Source of the DNA: a virus
Taxonomy: Duplodnaviria > Caudoviricetes
Strand: one strand, 5' to 3'
Length of the DNA stretch: 61,701 bases
Virus record (IMG/VR): IMGVR_UViG_3300043171_000134
Span: 1-61,701 of that record
Shown here: piece after piece, positions 45,901-54,400 of the stretch
How the letters are laid out: each line of letters opens with the position of its first letter
Position numbering within the stretch: the stretch's first letter is position 1
Notes under the pieces: generated by a model
What the model was told of the DNA's origin: nothing
Seen by the model: only the letters and a program-made list of their open reading frames with translations
Database searches by the model: none
Position numbers and translations under genes: made by a program

Positions 45901-48717
45901 ATCAAGAAACCAGTTGTCCTGGGCGGCAGACAATTCGTTGTTACCGGGTACGGGATGGGAAGATTTTCATTTGCCGAAGTAATCCCGGCAGACGAATACG
46001 AAGGCGAAACCACTACATACAATGAAAAGACGACGCCTGTTGGTCGTCTAGCGAGAGAAGGCTATGACGGAATCCGGGTCAAGTATCGCGGCAAGGATTT
46101 CGTGCTCGGGAAAGAATGGGATCTCACAGCAGAAGGAACGGTAAAGGCGCGACGCCAAGCAGAACCAGCACCAACACCAGCCGAAGAAGCAACGGCAGTA
46201 ACAGCGGCAGTAGCAGCACTAGCACCAGCAGCACCAGATCAACGATTTAAGCTGGATTGGATGCCGGCTACTTTGCGCGTCAGGATATTGGGTGATTCGG
46301 CAGAGTCATTTTCAAGGATGGATAAAACCAGTCTGCAAGCCTACGCGATACGCATAGGCATATCGGATCAAGGCACGAAGATCGAAATCGCGCAACGCAT
46401 CAAGGATGCAGTTGCCACGCTTCCGACAACAGAAATTGACGAAGCAGCTGCGCAGCCTGTCGCGGATATGGTCGAGCGCAAGGCGAAATACGCGACTAAG
46501 AAAAAACTCACCAAGCTCCAAAAAGAAGCACTGGTAAAGGCAGTCGCACTGGCACAGATATCGCCAAACGGTGAAGTGCTTGTAAACGATCTCAGTGCGC
46601 GAAATGTCGGCGGGCAAGCTCTACAAGGATTGGTGGACAAAGGCACGATAGAAATAATTGAAGGTGTTGGATTTTACGAGACAGGCGCGAAGTACACAGT
46701 CAAATACATGCCGAAACCCGAGGCTGCGCCAGCTGCGCCAGCTGTGCCAGTTGCGCCAGCTGCGCCAGCTGCGCCAGCAGTACCAGGGGAAGCCGAAGGC
46801 ACCATCGGACAACGGCTATTCAGGCTCGGAGAAAAGATCAGAAAGAAGTACGGTCTGGAAAGTTTTGAGGTAGCGATCAACAACGAAGGCGAGATCGAGC
46901 TTTACGACATTGAAGTGCCGGTGGGTATGCAGAATCAGCGAAAGGGATCTCAGGCCATACGCGATCTGTCCGAGTTTGCTGATGAAAACAGTTTGCTGAT
47001 CCGACTTGAGCCGGGCCTCAGAGAAGATGAGCTGACGCCGCGTGAAGGTCTGGATCGCTTCTATAGTCGCCTCGGGTTTACTGCTGACAGAGAAATTGCG
47101 GGTTTCTACATACGCCAACCAGGTGCAACGCCGGAAACCGAAGCTCAGATCGAAGATCGCGAAGAACGTGAAGCGATACAGGCCGAAGGACTTACCGAAG
47201 ACGAAGAACTCGGTGAAATCCCGGGGTTTGAAGATCTGCCGAGTCGTGAAGAACTGGACACGATGGGGGAGGAAGCGGCTACGTCGCCAGAGAGTGATCT
47301 TCCGTATCCGTCAAAAGAGCAGCAGAGAACTGGCGAATACAAAAAAGTACCAATCACAATCAAAACTATGCCGATTAGGATCGAGAATCCTCACGGTACG
47401 TCACGCAACGGTATGCGGCAGTGGGGCCATTACGGAGAATTTGAAGGCACTGAAGGTGTCGATGGTGATGAGGTAGATGTAAACGTCAATCCAGATATTC
47501 AGACTGATTTTAATAATCAGGTTTACATCGTTGATCAGGTCGATGAGAACGGTAATTTTGACGAGCACAAGGTCATGCTCGGGTACGCGAGCGAGCTGGA
47601 CGCGGTAAAAGCATACAAGCGCAATTACGAGAAAGGCTGGAAGGTCGGTGTGGTCACGACAATGCCGATAGCGAGGTTCAAGAAATGGGTTTACGACAAA
47701 GCGGCGACCAAACGTCCGGCAAGTGAAGCAGTAGCAGTAAGACCGACACGCAAGCAAGAGCAGATAAAACGCCGAACAAAACGCGGAATCCGTTACAGCA
47801 AGAAAATTCGGACTGATGCTCGCGTCGAAGATGCAAAAGAATCAGTCAATGCGCCCAATAAAAAATGGGTAGCCGAAACACTCAGGAAGTTGCCGGAACA
47901 GGCAGAAACGGCCGACGAATATCTGGATAGATTTACTAGGGAATTGGAAACTTTAGACGAAGCTCTCGACGTAGTAGAAGAACGAGAAGCGGTAACTCGC
48001 GCTTATGATCGGCCACAGGTAGAACGGGATACTAAGAGGCTGCGTGATGCAGTGGAGGGCGCTAATATTTCTGTTCTCGATGATTACACGCAAGCGCCAG
48101 CTGAAATCGTCGCTGAAATGGAAAGAGAAGGTCAGACAGATGTGGCCGGCGTCACCAATCCTGAAAACGGCGACATTTATTTATTCTCTGACAAAATGGT
48201 GGATGCGCCTCATGCAAACCGGGTGACCATCCATGAAGTAACACATGCGGGATTGCAACTCGCATTCGGTGATGAGTTGAATCCGATGCTTCTGGATCTC
48301 GCCAACAACGTGCCGACGCAGCTGCAGGAGCGGGCTGATGAAATTGTCGATGTTTACGGTCTGGACGTAGGCAAGGATGCAGACAAAATCGAAATGGCCG
48401 ACGAGTTGGTCGCGCACGGAGCAGAGCATTTTCCGAATCTTCCCATCATTAAAAAGTTTGTTGCCAGGATTCGGAAAATACTTCGCAAAATGGGCTTTGT
48501 TGAACAGTGGACTGAAAACGATGTTATCGGCTTGATGATGGAAGCACAGGGAGCCATCAAACGTCGCGGCCGTTCGCTCGCAGGGATCTCCCTTGAGGAA
48601 GAAGTTGAAGTCGAAGAAACCGGTGAGGTTTTCACCATCGAACGGGATGCACAGGAATTGCTGACGCAAAACGAAAAACGTAAACAAGCCTGCGAACGCA
48701 TAAAGAGCTGTCTATGA
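42931..48717 (+). CDS. Large polyvalent injected protein (SAP-like, GNAT, inorganic-pyrophosphatase-like and zincin domains)
   Basis: GNAT ...QNQRKGS...FYSRLGF; InPase IENP.G..R, YG...GTEGVDGDEVDV, FDEHKVMLG; HEVTH. Confidence 0.85.
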   Translation: MASRYEQLEKEYDDRYAAGEFDVPDDELRPGERRNVFTQYPGTQREFLTSILEEEDPLWSDYGKMVASGGIQIGAGVGWLFNNFEWGESLQAGAMDLSQSFMDDLSPQAKRAMSTEFTSRDEGQLWTNNKWSKAKLIAAQSLLGTAAGMGVGSILTRGLAAAGMTKAVQTAAGTTVQVPTRTAGAIGYGLGESGVAAPGSAAGVEEEIMAMSHVDLMGNADFRAVYLALENADPAERARRAKEILAKAAAGDTFYRNMVSTFILSAPLGAIVGGYARKYPLLGGTTRFKSIGIGAGGEATQEFLQSGAEKRGENIAMQRAGFDRPTYEGVLEEAVGGAMAGGMMGGAAGIVTPLDATGQVLPDAESPLAAIALAEQDELDAAVDAELAELERIEREEEDQALRDYMDEEADFMRAKDMTIMEEERGQALEAQRQSQIDEEFRRRSAREAADRGSLPGEPETIAQQQQREYEDELREIWDIDAEEERMQRLEALQQEFDKGRLPHLRGLSLAERLTPKGQRQEETELFLSGTQLAEGEIVAGLPVPTAGRATTTLGIAMEEAREKQKTRAAEDLLKPIPTVADRKKSKMGEPVMPDELVEPPKPDIPPTTKAFNPRRDNIIVAAAKGRGLDKDAWAAEGVDPAEFAEPENAYGSRRAFRRGGMTPDEATEWAAELGFVAVDEHGKGEPHAALDAIMETLGGNPVYTAEGAQFGAEQDRYQAALDELAQKTQRQEGIAGEWDIEVDGVEAHITEDTIGNVTVTYGDNETITERMEGESNRDLVRAILQSEAAGDGVIREKPVEGAPQTEEEQIAFERAEGKRIVDEMIPGDTGMVETTEEKVNDLEDAFFADGWKFDAAEQTYRKDNRVAVLTEIEEGRWQIVWETEGAPEMEPEAADMFDVPELDDVADDLGDQISRLTPESNSTDRNIAVADLGRLKRAKHPRADDLAQRLKDALEPQAQFPLSAEEIQELDLDQIASDTSAAATIPEGRIKKPVVLGGRQFVVTGYGMGRFSFAEVIPADEYEGETTTYNEKTTPVGRLAREGYDGIRVKYRGKDFVLGKEWDLTAEGTVKARRQAEPAPTPAEEATAVTAAVAALAPAAPDQRFKLDWMPATLRVRILGDSAESFSRMDKTSLQAYAIRIGISDQGTKIEIAQRIKDAVATLPTTEIDEAAAQPVADMVERKAKYATKKKLTKLQKEALVKAVALAQISPNGEVLVNDLSARNVGGQALQGLVDKGTIEIIEGVGFYETGAKYTVKYMPKPEAAPAAPAVPVAPAAPAAPAVPGEAEGTIGQRLFRLGEKIRKKYGLESFEVAINNEGEIELYDIEVPVGMQNQRKGSQAIRDLSEFADENSLLIRLEPGLREDELTPREGLDRFYSRLGFTADREIAGFYIRQPGATPETEAQIEDREEREAIQAEGLTEDEELGEIPGFEDLPSREELDTMGEEAATSPESDLPYPSKEQQRTGEYKKVPITIKTMPIRIENPHGTSRNGMRQWGHYGEFEGTEGVDGDEVDVNVNPDIQTDFNNQVYIVDQVDENGNFDEHKVMLGYASELDAVKAYKRNYEKGWKVGVVTTMPIARFKKWVYDKAATKRPASEAVAVRPTRKQEQIKRRTKRGIRYSKKIRTDARVEDAKESVNAPNKKWVAETLRKLPEQAETADEYLDRFTRELETLDEALDVVEEREAVTRAYDRPQVERDTKRLRDAVEGANISVLDDYTQAPAEIVAEMEREGQTDVAGVTNPENGDIYLFSDKMVDAPHANRVTIHEVTHAGLQLAFGDELNPMLLDLANNVPTQLQERADEIVDVYGLDVGKDADKIEMADELVAHGAEHFPNLPIIKKFVARIRKILRKMGFVEQWTENDVIGLMMEAQGAIKRRGRSLAGISLEEEVEVEETGEVFTIERDAQELLTQNEKRKQACERIKSCL

Positions 48718-49334
48718 GAACGATTAGCCAAAAAGATTTGAATCGAGAGAAAAAGCGTAAGGGCGTAAGCGTCATACGTAAGCTCGGTTCACAACCGGAA
48801 AAGCCGGAGCCGGAGGTAAACGGTAGCCAATCTTTGTCGGGAGAAACTACTCGAGCCGATGTAGTACCGGCTCCGGCCTCTGAGTTTTATTCGCTCATGG
48901 GGAAAATGACGGAGATTATGGAACGACTGAGCGGAGTTGAAAATGAAGAAAAACCGAAAGAAGAAGGAACACAAGAAACGAAACCGGAAGAAGTATTAAG
49001 GCCGTTTCAACTGCTCAAGGAAATGCAGGATGCGGACGAATTACCGCCGCCGCAGCTCGTTGTATCAAAACCGAAAGCCGATGTAACGGAAACGCCGAAA
49101 CAGTCTAGTAATTGGGATCATGTTTTGCGTCGGGACGGAACTGGCCTTGTGCAGCAAATAGTTTCAATCGACAAAACAGGAAATCAGTGGACGCACGATT
49201 TTGCGCGAGCTGGAACAAAATTCATTATCGAAATTTTATCGAAATCGAACACAGGTTTAAGGTTCATGCACAAGTTCCATCGTAACGACGAGACTAAATT
49301 GATCGACACCGCTACGACGCGAGCCGAAGCATGA
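48714..49334 (+). CDS. Hypothetical protein with three C-terminal beta-hairpin repeats
   Basis: WDHVLRRDGTGLV / WTHDFARAGTKFI / FMHKFHRNDETKLI. Confidence 0.65.
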   Translation: MRTISQKDLNREKKRKGVSVIRKLGSQPEKPEPEVNGSQSLSGETTRADVVPAPASEFYSLMGKMTEIMERLSGVENEEKPKEEGTQETKPEEVLRPFQLLKEMQDADELPPPQLVVSKPKADVTETPKQSSNWDHVLRRDGTGLVQQIVSIDKTGNQWTHDFARAGTKFIIEILSKSNTGLRFMHKFHRNDETKLIDTATTRAEA

Positions 49335-49384
49335 GCGAAAAGAGTGTATGTGTTGCGCAATCTTGCGCGTTAAAGGAGTAAGAA

Positions 49385-49723
49385 ATGAGAATCAGCAGTG
49401 AAGCGCGAGCGGCGCGTAAAGATGCACAGCTCGCAAGAATAGCAGCGAAGAAGAAGAAGGGTATTGATTACCCTGACTTCTATGCCAACCAGCCGTTGCA
49501 GCTGGCGAGAGCGGAGATGAACCAACGAATCACCGTAGCTCGCCAAGCGCAGCGGCAGGCTGTCAAAGATTTGGAGATCGCCCAGGCAACTGGTGTCAAT
49601 CTCGAAATTGCCGAAGCTGCGGTCCGTAATGGTGCTTTGACATTGAGCGGGCTACAAACGCTCAAGAAAGCACGGTTCAAGCCATCTACCACAATGGCAT
49701 TATCAGCAGGAGGTGAGGCATGA
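49385..49723 (+). CDS. Hypothetical protein
   Basis: AAGGAG RBS. Confidence 0.65.
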   Translation: MRISSEARAARKDAQLARIAAKKKKGIDYPDFYANQPLQLARAEMNQRITVARQAQRQAVKDLEIAQATGVNLEIAEAAVRNGALTLSGLQTLKKARFKPSTTMALSAGGEA

Positions 49724-50172
49724 GTGCTTTCACTAATCTCGCGGAAGACGATTTCCTCGATCACTTTTTCACCAATACGACTTTTCCGAATGTCGGTGAT
49801 GCGGCCGGTTTATTGCCTTCTGCAGCACCGGGCGATTTATTCGCCTCGTTGCATACGGGTGATGCGGTCAGTGACACGACGACTCTGCAAACCGACAGCG
49901 AAACGACCTACACAGGTTATGCTCGCGTAGCCAATGCGCGATCAACGGCCGGCTGGACAGTTCTTACCGGCACGGTTGATAACGATGTGTTGAATCAATT
50001 CGGTGAAATGACAGCTGGTGGTCCGGTTACGATCACTGATGTTATTCTCGGTTTTGCGTCGTCTGGTGCTGGTGTAGCGCAGATTTGGGGTCAAGTGACT
50101 GTAGATCTGATCGTCAACAACGGTGTCAATCCGCAGTTTGCAATCGGCGCACTCGATGTGTCGATAGACTAA
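49720..50172 (+). CDS. Fibre-associated structural protein
   Basis: LHT.D, E.TYTGYARV...R...GW, NG..PQF..GAL patterns seen in small phage fibre/collar proteins. Confidence 0.7.
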   Translation: MSAFTNLAEDDFLDHFFTNTTFPNVGDAAGLLPSAAPGDLFASLHTGDAVSDTTTLQTDSETTYTGYARVANARSTAGWTVLTGTVDNDVLNQFGEMTAGGPVTITDVILGFASSGAGVAQIWGQVTVDLIVNNGVNPQFAIGALDVSID

Positions 50173-50196
50173 TGTTTCACATAAGGAATCCCGACA

Positions 50197-50679
50197 ATGA
50201 AAGAAACATTGCTAAAACGCACGCAGATGGGAGCGGATGACAATCAGGATTTGGTTGTCATTCGCTTGGGTGATCTAAGACCCACAGTTCCCTACCAAAC
50301 CGCGCTCAAAATCGCGGCGGCACTTCGAATGGGCTGCAAGCAAGCAGCCCGGTATGATCGTGCGCCCGCTACGTTCTGGCGTGATGTGGATATCGAAGAT
50401 CTCAATGATTCTCCACGACCGCATAAAGGTTTTCGTCGGTCAACACTGGTCCCGAACGTCAAGGATTACGAAGTGAGAGTAAACCCTCCGTTGGTCGGTT
50501 TATTTTTTGACGGAGTGGGCAAGGAAGTGACTTATGAAGACGGTATCCGGCTCCACCAGATGATACGGCGAGCCGGCCGGCGAGCAAAAGCGTGGGCAGG
50601 AGATATCAGCAGGGATAGTCGTTTGCTTGGGAATTTGACTGATGCAGAAGACGATCATCGACTAGGACTTGGAGGCTAA
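50197..50679 (+). CDS. Hypothetical protein with internal duplication
   Basis: VPYQTALKIAAALR..CKQA and VTYEDGIRLHQMIRRAGRRA. Confidence 0.65.
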   Translation: MKETLLKRTQMGADDNQDLVVIRLGDLRPTVPYQTALKIAAALRMGCKQAARYDRAPATFWRDVDIEDLNDSPRPHKGFRRSTLVPNVKDYEVRVNPPLVGLFFDGVGKEVTYEDGIRLHQMIRRAGRRAKAWAGDISRDSRLLGNLTDAEDDHRLGLGG

Positions 50680-50681
50680 AC

Positions 50682-51140
50682 ATGGCAGACGAAATTCGCA
50701 CTCTATTAAAGGATTTCAACCGAGATTTGCTAACCGAGGAATTGGTAGCGTCAGTGTTGCCTTTTGAGTCGGTATTCTTAGCCGGTTTCCAAAGGAAAGG
50801 TAATTCACGATTTGTTGGTGAACCGACTGCAGCACCGAAACTGATTTCGAGGGATGGTGTATCTGGTGTTGAAGACTTTGCTGATCCCGGCGAGATTCGA
50901 TTCGTTTTTACGACTGCCCTGACAGTGCCGCAAGGCTCGATACTCAGTGGTATTTTGAACAGTCACGATGCTACACAGCACACAGCTGATCAGGATCGAG
51001 CCAATCAGGATACGCTTGATTACATTGCACTGGAAACGCAATGGCCGAATATCGGCACCATGACGAATGCAGATCTGAGGCTTTACATCAGCAAATTGGC
51101 AAGAGTAATCATTCGTGACAATCGGAATGCGCCCATCTAA
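50682..51140 (+). CDS. Hypothetical protein (possible fibre chaperone)
   Basis: GGAGG RBS; position. Confidence 0.65.
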   Translation: MADEIRTLLKDFNRDLLTEELVASVLPFESVFLAGFQRKGNSRFVGEPTAAPKLISRDGVSGVEDFADPGEIRFVFTTALTVPQGSILSGILNSHDATQHTADQDRANQDTLDYIALETQWPNIGTMTNADLRLYISKLARVIIRDNRNAPI

Positions 51141-51142
51141 AG

Positions 51143-54100
51143 ATGGCTAATCTGCTCACCGATCTATCCCTGACCTCGACTTACGTAGTCACTGGATCGT
51201 TCGCTGATATTACAGGCATGTCGTCCACCGTGACGGTTGCCGGTACTGACAGCGTTGTGCTCCTGATGATGTCGCTGGTGCATATTCAGAATGCCTCTAG
51301 TGACGCTTGTGCCGAGTATCGGTTCACAAGCGGCGGCTCGCCTGTCGGCCCGGTAGTGTCAGCTTTTGCTGATGCGTCGGACGAGTTTAGTGGTCTCACG
51401 ATGATGTTCGCGCTTACCGGACTCAGCGCCGGCTCGCATACGTTTGCTGTTCAGGCGCAGAACAGATCTGGCGTTGCGACAATGGACACCGATTTCACTC
51501 GCACTTTCCAAGTGGTCGAGATCGAAGACAATGCGTCGATACTTGTTGACCTAGCGACCAGCGCGGCCGATAACGCGAGCGCGTCTTGGTCCAACATGGC
51601 TAACCTATCGCAAGCGCAAACTCCACAGACAGGTTCGCTGTTGTTGTTTATTGCTGGTGTGCAGGTATTAGGCGCTGTAGGAGATCCCGCTGCTGAGTAT
51701 CGCTTTGCGATTGATGGAAGTCGTGATGGTCCGTTCCTTTCTGATCGTGGCGATCAAACCAATGAAGTAGATGGCTTATCAATGGTTTGGGCAGAGACCG
51801 GCGTATCAGCGGCATCGCATACGTTCTCAATTCAGTGGCAAGATCGCAATGGCAGTCCGATCATGGACACTGGCAGGCAACGAACATTCCAGGTGGTCGA
51901 GATCACCGATGATTTCTCGCTGGAAGTTGATAATTCATCGGTTGATTCGGATACCGCACCGGCCAGTTACGCCAACATGGTTGATATGTCCGGTAGTCCT
52001 GATATCGACAGCACTGACAGCATTGTGTTGGTCTTGGCGAACTACGTTCAGGATGCAAGCACCTTACAAGATGAAAGAGTCGAGAGTCAGTTTTCTATCG
52101 GTTCTGGTGGGCTTGAAGGCGCAGAAATGGCGAGCCTCAAGGACAACACTGATTTAACTGCACCGACCGTGATGGCGAGAGCTGTGACTGGTGAGTCAGG
52201 TGTCACTTCAATGTCGATGCAATGGCAGATCGGCAAAGACTCACCGACTGCCGATACAGATAGGGAGCGGACCTTCCAAGTCATAGATCTGACAGCAGTG
52301 GTGCCTGTCGGAGATATCGCCGCTGCTCTTTCGATAGTCGTCGCCGTCGCCGCCGATCTGGATGCACAAGGCAAGCTCGATGCCGCTTTGAATTTGGTTC
52401 TGACTCAGGCAGCGGATCTGACTGCAGCTGGTGATATTCAAGCCGCATTGCCGATTGTTCTTTCGGTCATTGCGGATTTGAAAGCACAAGGCAAGCTCGA
52501 TGCCGCTTTGGATTTGGTTCTCACTCAGGCAGCAGATCTGACTGCAACCGGCCAGCTCGATGCCGCATTGCCGATTGTTCTTTCAGTCGTTGCGGATTTG
52601 AAAGCACAAGGCCAGCTCGATGCCGCCTTGAACATAGTTCTCACTCAGGCAGCAGATCTGACTGCAGCAGCTGGCCGACTGGATGCCGCATTGCCGATTG
52701 TTCTTTCGGTCATTGCGGATTTGAAAGCGCAAGGCCAGCTCGATGCCGCCTTGAACATAGTTCTCACCCAAGCAGCAGATCTGACTGCAGCCGGCGAGCT
52801 TCGAGCGGCATTGCCGATTGTTCTCTCCGTCGCCGCCGAGTTGAAAGCACAAGGCCAGCTCAATGCCGCTTTGGCTTTGGTTCTCGCTCAAGCAGCGGAT
52901 TTAACTGCAGCCGGCGAGCTTCGAGCGGCATTGCCGATTATTCTTTCGGTCATTGCGGATTTGAAAGGCACAGGAGAACTGAGCGCCGTTCAATCCATTA
53001 TCTTGACCCTTGCAGCCGATCTCACTGCGACTGGTGAATTAAGCACAGCTGCACTTATCGCTCTGACGGTTGCGGCCGACCTCGATGCCGGAGGCGAATT
53101 ACAAGCCGCCCTGGCAATAGTGCTATCGGTAGTGGCCGAACTTGATGCTCCGGGTTCGCTCGATGCTGCTCTGGATATCGTTGCGACGGTTGCAGCCGAT
53201 CTGACTGCAGCCGGCGAGCTGGATGCTGCGGCAAACATCATATTGACAGTTGTCGCGGATGTTACAGAAGCAGAAGCAGACGATCTGAATGCTGCACTCA
53301 ATATCGTTCTGGCGGTTGCGGCCGATCTGACCGCGGCCGGCGAGCTGCGAGCTGCGATAAACATCATATTGGCGGTTGCGGCCGATCTGACTGCGCCCGG
53401 CAAGCTCGATGCCGCTTTGGATTTGGTTCTCACTCAGGCAGCGGATCTGACTGCAGCCGGCCAGCTCGACGCCGCTCTTTCGATTGTTCTCTCCGTCGCC
53501 GCCGAGTTGAAAGCGAAAGGCCAGCTCGATGCCGCTTTGGATTTGGTTCTCACTCAGGCAGCGGATCTGACTGCAGCCGGCCAGCTCGACGCCGCATTGC
53601 CGATTATTCTTTCAGTCATTGCGGATTTGAAAGCGCAAGGCCAGCTCGATGCTGCGGCAAACATCATATTGACTGTAGCGGCCGATCTCACTGCAGCTGG
53701 CGAACTGGATACTGCACTCAATATCGTGTTATCGGTAGCGGCCGATCTACGTGCGGCTGGCGATCTGAATGCTGCACTCGATATCGTGTTATCGGTTGCG
53801 GCCGATCTCACTGCAGCCGGCGAGCTGGAAGCTGCAGCAAACATCATATTGTTGGTTATCGCGGATCTTAAATCTCCGGGCGATCTCAATGCTGATTTAG
53901 GGATCGCTCTGACGGTTGCGGCCGATCTCACTGCGGCCGGCAGGCTGGATGCTGCGGCAAACATCATATTGTCGATTGTCGCGGATCTTGAATCTCCGGG
54001 CGATCTCAATGCTGCACTCGATATCGCTCTGACGGTAGCGGCCGATCTCAACGCCGCAGGACAGCTCGATGCGAATATGCAGATCGTGTTGTCAATGGCT

Positions 54101-54400
54101 GCTGATCTTAAAGCGGCTGGCGACCTTCGAGCGGCAATGGGGCTTGTGCTGACTATTGCTGCGGCGCTGTCAGTCGTAGGCAATTTAGCTGCCTCACTAC
54201 TTATCAGTCTGACTGTCAACGCGGATCTCCAAGAGACACCACCACCACCACCGGTCATAGCCGGCGCGGCTGCACCACCACCAGGACCGCCGCCGACCAT
54301 AGCTTTGACAGAACAGCAAGTCGTTCAACGTCAGCTCCAACGCGAGGACGACGAAGCAATGTCAGTCGTGCTCACTGCACTAGGGATAATCAGCAAATGA
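51143..54400 (+). CDS. Fibre-like protein: three beta-rich domains plus 32 tandem 20-aa repeats
   Basis: RTFQV x3; repeat consensus G.L.AAL.IVL..AADL.AA. Confidence 0.8.
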   Translation: MANLLTDLSLTSTYVVTGSFADITGMSSTVTVAGTDSVVLLMMSLVHIQNASSDACAEYRFTSGGSPVGPVVSAFADASDEFSGLTMMFALTGLSAGSHTFAVQAQNRSGVATMDTDFTRTFQVVEIEDNASILVDLATSAADNASASWSNMANLSQAQTPQTGSLLLFIAGVQVLGAVGDPAAEYRFAIDGSRDGPFLSDRGDQTNEVDGLSMVWAETGVSAASHTFSIQWQDRNGSPIMDTGRQRTFQVVEITDDFSLEVDNSSVDSDTAPASYANMVDMSGSPDIDSTDSIVLVLANYVQDASTLQDERVESQFSIGSGGLEGAEMASLKDNTDLTAPTVMARAVTGESGVTSMSMQWQIGKDSPTADTDRERTFQVIDLTAVVPVGDIAAALSIVVAVAADLDAQGKLDAALNLVLTQAADLTAAGDIQAALPIVLSVIADLKAQGKLDAALDLVLTQAADLTATGQLDAALPIVLSVVADLKAQGQLDAALNIVLTQAADLTAAAGRLDAALPIVLSVIADLKAQGQLDAALNIVLTQAADLTAAGELRAALPIVLSVAAELKAQGQLNAALALVLAQAADLTAAGELRAALPIILSVIADLKGTGELSAVQSIILTLAADLTATGELSTAALIALTVAADLDAGGELQAALAIVLSVVAELDAPGSLDAALDIVATVAADLTAAGELDAAANIILTVVADVTEAEADDLNAALNIVLAVAADLTAAGELRAAINIILAVAADLTAPGKLDAALDLVLTQAADLTAAGQLDAALSIVLSVAAELKAKGQLDAALDLVLTQAADLTAAGQLDAALPIILSVIADLKAQGQLDAAANIILTVAADLTAAGELDTALNIVLSVAADLRAAGDLNAALDIVLSVAADLTAAGELEAAANIILLVIADLKSPGDLNADLGIALTVAADLTAAGRLDAAANIILSIVADLESPGDLNAALDIALTVAADLNAAGQLDANMQIVLSMAADLKAAGDLRAAMGLVLTIAAALSVVGNLAASLLISLTVNADLQETPPPPPVIAGAAAPPPGPPPTIALTEQQVVQRQLQREDDEAMSVVLTALGIISK
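52310..54238 (+). repeat. Coding tandem repeat: 32 units of about 60 bp with 120-bp higher-order periodicity
   Basis: Counted in the translation; near-identical DNA units such as GATTTGGTTCTCACTCAGGCAGCGGATCTGACTGCAGC. Confidence 0.9.

Noticed and set aside
52310-54238. CRISPR array or DGR template/variable repeat
   Set aside because: Repeats are contiguous, in frame and without spacers; no reverse transcriptase gene; differences do not look adenine-specific
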